A stretch of 16,806 nt of DNA from an uncultured Chloroflexia bacterium (GTDB taxonomy: Bacteria > Chloroflexota > UBA6077 > JACCZL01): NCBI GenBank assembly GCA_963765765.1, contig CAVXYC010000003.1, positions 1 through 16,806 of the forward strand, in the 5' to 3' direction. Position 1 is the first letter of the stretch, and each line of letters starts with the position of its first letter. The position numbers were made by a program, and so were the translations under genes. Shown here one piece after another: positions 9,493 to 16,806 of the stretch. The notes below the pieces were generated by a model. The model was not told where the DNA came from. It made no database searches and saw only the letters and a program-made list of their open reading frames with translations.

Positions 9493-12188
9493 ATGACCTC
9501 CGCTCTACGAGCGGGCCACCCGGCGACGCTGACGCGCTCTGACGCTCCTGGCTCCACAAGTCGAACTGCCGTTGGGCATACCTGGATGCTCCTGCTCGTA
9601 CTCGGGCTGGCACTAGGGCTGCGGCTTTGGGGCATAACCTGGCAATTACCCTGGCGGCTGCACCCAGACGAGGTCAACTACGTCGAGTACGGTCTTACTT
9701 CTGCTGCTGAACTGGACTTCAGCTCCCAATACACCAATCAGCCACCGCTATTCCGCCATCTTCTCACCGTCGAGTACCTGGCGCTCGACCGCCTAGGGCT
9801 CCTGGGCGGACCGCTTGAGTCCGCCGAAACGATCCTACAAGGGGATCGTCCCGAGAGCCACCCCACGCTCGCGCGCGCGTATGCTGCCGGCCGGGTTACA
9901 TCGGCCATTCTGGGAGCGGCAACTGTCCTGGTCTTGCTGCTGACTGGTCGGGATCTGCTCGGTACGCCGGTCGGACTATTGAGTGCGCTGCTACTCAGTG
10001 CGAGCTTCGCCCATGTGCGAGAGTCTCATTACGCCCTCAGCACGGTACCGGCCATGTTCTTCGCCTCGCTCGCCGTCTATGCTTCCGCGCGATTTTTCTT
10101 GCGCGGCGGTCTGTGGCGGTTGTTGGCTTGTTGCGTGTGCGCCGCAGCGGCTGCCGCCACTCGCGATGCCGTGTCTGTGGTCGCAATTGTCCCCATCGTC
10201 GCTCTCGTCCTCCGTCAGCGACGACTGCGCCGACTTGAGTTGTACCGAACGGCTTTGGTTGTCCTTGCAGTTATGTCGGTCGCTGTCGCTGGGGCATTTG
10301 TAATCCTGAGTCCCCAATCTGTCTTCGGTCAGAGCTCCCTTACAGCGGAGATTCTCCGCGTCCAGAGTGGCCTTATTGAAGGCCTATCGAGCTGGCCCCG
10401 GTTTCGAGATACAGTGTTGTCCGTGCGGGGCCATATGTCCAAGGCCGGCCTCGGGCCAGTGCAGGGGCAGGCCGATGTCCCGGTCACGCGACTGTACCTG
10501 ACGTCGCTGGCGCAGGGCTTCGGCCTCGTGCCACTGCTCCTCGCGTGCGGGGGCCTCTGCCTGCTCATTCGACGACGTCCGTTGGAGACAGCGCTGCTCG
10601 GTAGCTCCTTCGCGGCTTACGTACTTCTCGTGATGGTTCAGGAACGATTCTGGGTGCGTTTCGCTATTCCGTTACTGCCGTTCCTTGCCACCTGCGCTGG
10701 ATATGGACTGTACGCGTTTCCGCGCTTCCTACCGGTTGCCTGGCGGACAAAGGCCGCCGCAGCGCTACTGGTAGTGGCTCTCGCCCAACCCGCGGCGAAC
10801 CTGTCACTATCCAGTTGGCTCTTTGTGCGAGCCGGATACCAGAGTCGTCGCGCGTGATTGGATCCTGAGCACGCTGCCCCCCTCCAGCCACGTCCGAGCA
10901 ACCGCCCACGCCCTCCCCGGCATTGTCAGCGCGGAAATCAACCGCTCGCGGGCGGATCTCGCTGGCGGCGTCCCCATCTCCCACATCTCGCTTGATGGCT
11001 TCGCTGACGAGCTGACGGGTCACGGGTGTGGAGATGTGGTTGCAATCAGCAGCTTCGACCTCACCCTATACGACGTGCCCGATCAGATCGATCCGAACTT
11101 GCAGCATCTGCGCGAGCACGGACAGTTGCTCACTCAATTCAGCCCTGGTCGCAATGGCGACCTACCCTGGGATCCTGACGAAATCTATGGTCCGTTTTGG
11201 AATTTGTCTGACAGGGAGCGACCCGGCCCCACTGTTCAGGTGTATGCGATGGGACCGTCGTGCGAGGAGCGCGGCCCGGAGTTCGCCTCGCCCGATCTTC
11301 TGGCTCTTGCCCAGGTCCACAACGCTGCCGTCCTCGGCCGCGGTATCGGGCCGCGCGCTCAGAATCCCATTGTCGACCAAATGGCCTCGGCGCCGCTGCT
11401 ACCGGAACCTCCGGTCGCCGCTGCCGTTGGACGATTCTTCCCGAACGACCCGACCGCGTACCTCGTCGCCGTTCTGTTCGACGATGAACACGAGATGGTG
11501 GCCTACCGTCTAGATAGCGAAACTCCTCCTGAGCGTGCCCGAGTCGATGCGACCCCTGTGGAAAGTCGCCTCGAGGTAGTTCGGCATGGAATGGCGCCTG
11601 TCGATGTCGATGGCGATGGCGTGGATGAATTGGCCATCATGAAGCGTGGACGAGGTGAAAAGGCTCAATTGGAGCTGTATCGGCTCGGAGCCGAAGATAG
11701 TCCTCTGATGGCGAGTGGGACCATGGATTCCATGAACGGTTCGGAAGTGACCGCGATGGCACCCGTTCCGCCCGACCTGACGTATCCATCAGGGAGCGTG
11801 GCACTGCTCTATCGGCACGGAGACACCCTCACTATTCGTCTAGCGCGTGTTCAGATGTCGGGCCAGACCGCCCAACTCGAGCCTATTGGACCGCAATACT
11901 TCCGTCCGCCGCCCGGGAGTCCGACGTACCGTATTTCGTTCGCGGTCGGCGACTTCGACGGCGATGGCCGAAATGAATTTGCTCTTCTGGATAGGCAGCG
12001 TAACGCGGCAAACATCTTCAAGATCCGCGACTGGCGAACCCACCGAGCGCGTAACACTCAGCCACTACGATCGGTGGGCGCTGCCATCGGGCACCACGGA
12101 CATGCTGGCCCTCTCCTCGCCACCCGGGCGGGGCGCGACTGACGGTCAGATCCAGCTACTCGCAGGTGATGAACCCACCAACAAGTAG
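9493..12188 (+). CDS. GT-C fold glycosyltransferase (PMT_2/ArnT-like) fused to a C-terminal domain with FG-GAP-like motifs, ~897 aa after removing single bases at ~10823 and ~12026
   Basis: LRLWGITWQLPWRLHPDE (acidic first-loop motif), GRVTSAILGAATV, HVRESHYA, RFAIPLLPF, then PDTRVVARDWI and ERPGPTVQVY. The tail carries VDVDGDGVDELAI (~11600-11640) and GDFDGDGRNEFAL (~11948-11986); the last frame ends ...AGDEPTNK* at 12188. Confidence 0.8.
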
Positions 12189-12589
12189 GGCCTATGCAGC
12201 TTCTCGCGCCTGATGTCTGAGGCAGTGCATGCCTGACAGGTTGTGTGTGACCCACATGCCCCAATCGCTGTCGGACCGACGCAGATCCGCAAGGTCAGAG
12301 TCCGCTGGTCAAACCTCGATCTTCAGACGGCCCGCCTGGATCGGCGCGCGGTGCATCGACGTCAGTCGAGTTTCAGGCTCCGCCTCGCCCGTCAACCCAG
12401 GCATCATTTGTCGACCAATACGGGGATCACCTTTACGCACCGCGCGGCCGTGGCTGCATGGGCGGCCTCGACTCAGCATCCACCAGTGTATGTCCTGAAG
12501 TGAGCCCAGCTCTGAACGGACGGGGCCCTGAGGCCGGGACAAGCGAACACCCAGCGCCCGGGATAGACCTATCGCGGCGCCATCGCCGG

Positions 12590-14497
12590 TCAGCGACGTC
12601 GGAACCAGTGCTCGTGCCACAGAGCCAGATTCAGGAGGTTCCAGATCTTGAAGCTATTGTCTGCTCGCTGATCACGCTGATCGTCCAGCAAAGCCTGAAC
12701 CGCTCGGGGCTCGAAGTGCTCACGAATGATCGACGCCCCCGGTAGCACCTGTTGTGAAAACTGGAGCAATCGAGGCGAGAGCATATTGCGCGAGGAGCCA
12801 CAGAAACCCGCTTTCTGCCGATAAATGATCTCGGGGGGCAGTATCCCCTCGGCCGCGCGCTTGAGCACGTACTTCGTCTCGCCGTCGCGGTATTTCAGCG
12901 TGGACGGGATACTCAAGGCTAGCTCGACGACCTTGTGATCCAGGAATGGCACTCGCGCCTCGATGGACTGGGCCATTGACATCTTGTCCACGCGCATGAG
13001 CAAAAGCTCGGGTAAGCGGTGATTCAGCTCCAGGAATGTCATCCGGTGGAGCTGATCCTGACCCGGAGCAAGAGTCTCCAGGCGATCAAGCTGCGCACGA
13101 ATGACATCGAACGAGTCCACAGGAGCGTGACCGTTACGACGATTCAACAGCAAGTCGCGCTTTTCCGATTCCCAGAAGGCAATCGCGCCACTCCAGAACA
13201 GCTCGCGGTCATGCGCAGCCCGATGCAGAAAGTCCCGCCGCGTGGGCGATAGCGAGGGTCCCACGAGCGTGGAGGCAGCACCGCGGAGCAGGCCAGGCAT
13301 CCGCATGAATGGCTTCCAGGCTCGGTTGTAGAACGAGAGGTAGCGTTGCCAGCCGGTATAGCCACAGAAGAGCTCATCGGATCCCTCGCCAACCTGGACC
13401 ACGATGGTGCCATTCTTCCGCGCCAACTCGGATACGAAGTGAATCGGCACGCACACCGGATCCGCGAGCGGCTCATCCTGGTGGTACACCATCTTGCGGG
13501 AAGAAATCGACAAACGTCTGGTCGTTGATGGTGGTCTCGTGGTGGTTGGCGCCGAACTCCTTGGCGACCTGGCGAGCCCAGTGAAATTCGTCGCTGATCT
13601 CGTCGCCCTCGATGCTGACCGAGAACGTATCCACCGGACGGTCCATCAGCTCGCTCATGAGCGCCACGTTCAAGCTGGAATCGAGCCCACCACTCAGGAA
13701 CACGCCGAATGGCACGTCGCTCATCATGCGCAGCTTGACTGACTCTCGAAGCTTCTCACGCAAACGCTCTACGTATTCCCACTCAGGTCGAGGCGGATCA
13801 TCCTCGCGGAAGCACGCGGGGTCCCAGTAGCGCCGTGTTGAAATATCGCCGCCTGCTGAAACGGTCATCGTATGACCGGGTGGCAGCTTCTGGATGCCCC
13901 TGAACAACGTGAACGGTGCTGGTGTGGACGCGAACGTCAAGATAGTGATGCAGCGCTTCCTGATCTAGCTCACGCGAAACCAGCGGATGGGATAAGAGCG
14001 CCTTGATCTCAGAGGCAAACAGGAAGACGCCATCGCGCACGGTGTAGTAAAGCGGCTTGATACCGATACGGTCGCGCGCCATGAACAGCCGTTGCTGGCG
14101 CTCATCCCAGATGGCAAAAGCAAACATTCCCCTGAGATAGTTGACGCAGTCCGCCCCATACTCTTCATAGAGATGGACGATCGTCTCAGTATCCGCACGG
14201 GTGCGATACGGATGGCCGCGTCGCTCGAGCTCCGAGCGGTGATCGGCGTGGTTGTAGATCTCGCCGTTGAACACGATCCAGACATCGTCCGTCTCATTGG
14301 CCATCGGCTGATGGCCGCCGGCAAGGTCTACGATGCTGAGGCGACGAAATCCCAGCCCGACGCGATGATCCGGCGAGATGTAAAGTCCGCCGTCGTCCGG
14401 ACCTCGATGAAGCATGGTGTCTGACATCGCTTCGACGAGCTCAGGGTGTGACCGGCTCGGAGCGACCGAAATTAAATACGCCGCAGATTCCGCACAT
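12590..14497 (-). CDS. asnB: Asparagine synthase (glutamine-hydrolysing) family amidotransferase, ~634 aa after repairing 3 single-base insertions (~14445, ~13940, ~13495)
   Basis: ATG 14497 gives MCGICG (Ntn catalytic Cys); also HRGPDD, RRLSIVDL, FNGEIYNH, ARDRIGIKPLYY, FASEIKAL, LSGGLDSS, GEGSDELFCGY and RVDKMSMAQSIEARVPFLDH. Confidence 0.92.
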
Positions 14498-14511
14498 GGA
14501 GGGGCGCGGGA

Positions 14512-14517
14512 ATTATA
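14512..14517 (-). promoter_or_regulatory. Candidate sigma70 -10 box for asnB
   Basis: Perfect TATAAT on the minus strand, 14 nt upstream of the ATG, in a GC-rich context; no convincing -35. Confidence 0.6.
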
Positions 14518-14720
14518 TGCCGAACTGCAATTGAGGCCTCTGGTCCTCGTGGCCCAGAAGTCCACGGAGAGAGACATCAGCCTCCCATGTGAATCACGGA
14601 TGGAATTTCTATTCCAGCCCTGGACCCGATGTTTCCGTCTGACTGCTCCATATCGGCTGGGGTGTACGACTGGAACGGAAATACCAAGCGAGCGACAACG
14701 GGTCAGAGCACGCATGCGCT

Positions 14721-14835
14721 AAGCGCCCTGGAGTACGGTGTGCGAGAGCGCCACTTTGGATTCGACGCAATTTCGCCGGCAGAGACATCGCGGAAGTAAA
14801 GGAGGCGCTCCCGCACACCGCACTCCAGGGCGCTT
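14721..14835. repeat. 32-bp inverted repeat (30/32 matched) with a 51-nt spacer; REP/MITE-like hairpin
   Basis: AAGCGCCCTGGAGTACGGTGTGCGAGAGCGCC (14721-14752) versus GGCGCTCCCGCACACCGCACTCCAGGGCGCTT (14804-14835); begins 6 nt past the GT-C stop codon. Confidence 0.9.
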
Positions 14836-14841
14836 CACGAG

Positions 14842-16806
14842 CTACGAACGATTTCGGATGACCGTGAAGAGGAGGCGGCCCGTCGGATCCCGATGCGGCT
14901 GGCGATCCGCATCACCGACAGAAGACGAGATAGCCGCGATCACTCGATTGGCTTCAGGTGTGCGCGCATCAACAATGAATGATTCGCCCCGGGTATCATA
15001 GGGGGGCTCGAACCTCGCATCGTAAACGGCATTCGGGGCCAGGAATCGAATGATATCGATGGTTCGAGATGCCTCTGGCCCGCCGATCAGTACGATAGGT
15101 TCCGGCAGCTCCTCGCTCGCCAGCAGCCGCCCTGCCGTCGTAGCAAACCCTGCTGGGTGCCACTTAGCGATGTATCGGTTGAAATAGCTCGACGTGTTCA
15201 GCCCGGCCACGATAACCAGCAGCATGCAGAACACAACGGTCAGGTGCCGGCGAGAACGGCTATTGAACGTCACCTGAAGCGCGTCACGCACCGTGCTCAG
15301 CCCCAGACTTGCAAGAATGATGACTCGCCGGAAGAGCGATCACCGCTCGTGGCGAGAACGGGATGCCGTCGGTCAACGTGACGCCCGCCAGCGTCAAGAC
15401 CAGCCAGCCGAGCAACAACGCATGGCTGACCAAAAAGGGCCGTGCAAGAGCCACGGCGCAGCCGACGACAAAGAGCACTCCGCTCACTGGGTCGAGAAGC
15501 GGGTCCTTACTGCCGAATTGGCTACTGGTGTCCCAGGGCAAGTTGAACATTTCCAGTGCTCGCTGCGCCTGAAATCGGAGTACCTGATCGGTACTCTCCA
15601 GCTTGTACGTCCGTTGGACAAACTCAAAGTTTTGCGGAGAGAATAGCGACACCCGGTCGGTGCGCGCGACCGCGGCGGATGGATCCTGCGCGTAGACGGC
15701 GAGGAGCGGCAAGACGGTCACAAGCGCTCCAGCGGCCAGCCAGCCGATCCGAACGGCCCACCAACGTAGCGGCCCCTTACGCGTAAGCACGCCGAGCATG
15801 ATGATCCCGAAAACGACGAGCACTGAAAGCCGGGCTGTGTAGTAGACGTAGAAACACATCCCGAGCGCGATACCTCCTCCGGCAAACGCCACGGGGCTGC
15901 CTCGCAGGACGCCGCGAGTCACCAGGTAGATGCTGGTAAGCGAGAACACCATCGCATCCATGTAATGGAGGCCCATGCGGCTCAAGTGGATGTGCCAGTG
16001 GGAAAACGTAATCAAAGCGCCCGCCGCTACCGCCGCGAATCCACCGAACAACAGCCGCGCAAGCGCCGCTGTCAACCCAATAGTCACCAGGCCACCGATC
16101 ACGGATGTGATGCGAAGCCCCGTGAGGGAATCACCGTCCAGCAGCATCGCGGGCGCGTGGAGAGCGAAGCCGAGTGACGGGTACTGGTCCCAGCCCAGGG
16201 CAAGCATCGCGGGCATCTCACCACGCAGAACCTTACGCGTTTCCAGGCCCATGGTGGCTTCATCAATGTGAACATCGGGCGGGACGGTATCCAGCAGTGG
16301 GAGCCGAGCCAGGATCGCGATGGTAATAATTCCCAGGGCGAACAACGGACACGAGCCGGAGTTTCAGGCATAGTCGGGGAAGCCGTGCGCCGCCCGCGCC
16401 GACCACGATCGAAGCCAGTCCGGCGCCCCATGCCAGCAGCGCCAGAAGCGAGCTATCACCCCGAACGCCGAGAACCGCCGCGGCCGTCGCTGAAACGCCG
16501 CCCACGAGCAGACAGGATCGTGCTCGTCGACTAGTGGACTTCTGTGAGCTGGTCTGGTCGAGCGCGAGAACCGAATCTCCAGTGAGTTTCGTCCGCGCAG
16601 CCACGATGAATAACAGGGCGACCGCGACCCCGTAGACCAGCCGCCCGCTAGATCGCATATCGAGCGGCGTGAAGAGCGTTTGTCCGATGCAAGCTAAGGA
16701 GACTGCGAGTAGCACGAGCAACGCGGCCGCACGGCCAAAGTCCCATGAGGAGCGAGGCGCGGCAACGTTCAACGATGCATCAACCGGGTCGGTGAGAAGA
16801 GTGCCA
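14842..16806 (-). CDS. GT-C fold glycosyltransferase (PMT_2/GT39-like) with extra N-terminal TM segments; frameshifts at ~16345 and ~15325; start at TTG 16772 or beyond the window
   Basis: ARLPLLDTVPPDVHIDEATMG, GLRITSVIGG, SHWHIHLSRMG, YVYYTAR, PLLDPVSGVLFVVG and SPRAVIALP, continuing VIILASLGL...NTSSYFNRY. The N-terminal frame is open to the window edge. Confidence 0.85.

Noticed and set aside
12280-12330. Tyrosine recombinase remnant (RWSNLDL resembles LRWSDIDL)
   Set aside because: No catalytic Arg box or HxxR motif in the flanking translations.
14588-14616. TGTGAATCAC as a CRP/FNR site and TGGAAT-N4-ATTCCA as an operator
   Set aside because: Half-site spacing does not fit TGTGA-N6-TCACA, and a single 6-bp palindrome is expected by chance.
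670-16345. Programmed frameshifting, phase variation, or calling the seven split genes pseudogenes
   Set aside because: Junctions lack consistent slippery heptamers or long repeat tracts, occur in unrelated genes and leave motifs intact; sequencing error is the simpler explanation.
698-16534. Many antisense and alternative-frame ORFs in the supplied track
   Set aside because: They shadow motif-supported genes and have no recognisable domains.
1-16806. CRISPR array, tRNA/rRNA, transposase or defence system
   Set aside because: No regularly spaced repeats, RNA-gene signatures or recognisable transposase/nuclease motifs were seen by eye.

Overview
GC-rich bacterial cell-surface glycan locus; gene style suggests Chloroflexota or a similar soil lineage (inference only). 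The minus-strand block from 8495 to 1 holds an O-antigen-ligase/Wzy_C protein with TPR repeats, a decayed chimera of a second flippase 5' end and the 3' end of an unrelated membrane-protein gene, a Wzx flippase, a CapE/WbjB/FnlA-type UDP-GlcNAc dehydratase, a stand-alone CapF-type cupin, a classical SDR, a GT2 glycosyltransferase and a gene cut by the window edge. After a ~1 kb divergent spacer comes a plus-strand GT-C (PMT/ArnT-like) transferase fused to an FG-GAP-containing domain, then a convergent asnB-family amidotransferase and a second GT-C gene. Most long genes are split by single-base indels (about 16 junctions) that look like long-read errors, so genes were stitched by hand. Best leads: a 'split CapF' pathway with a FabG-like SDR, the GT-C/FG-GAP fusion, a probable deletion scar, and a 32-bp inverted repeat whose two mismatches are G-U wobbles on the transcribed strand.
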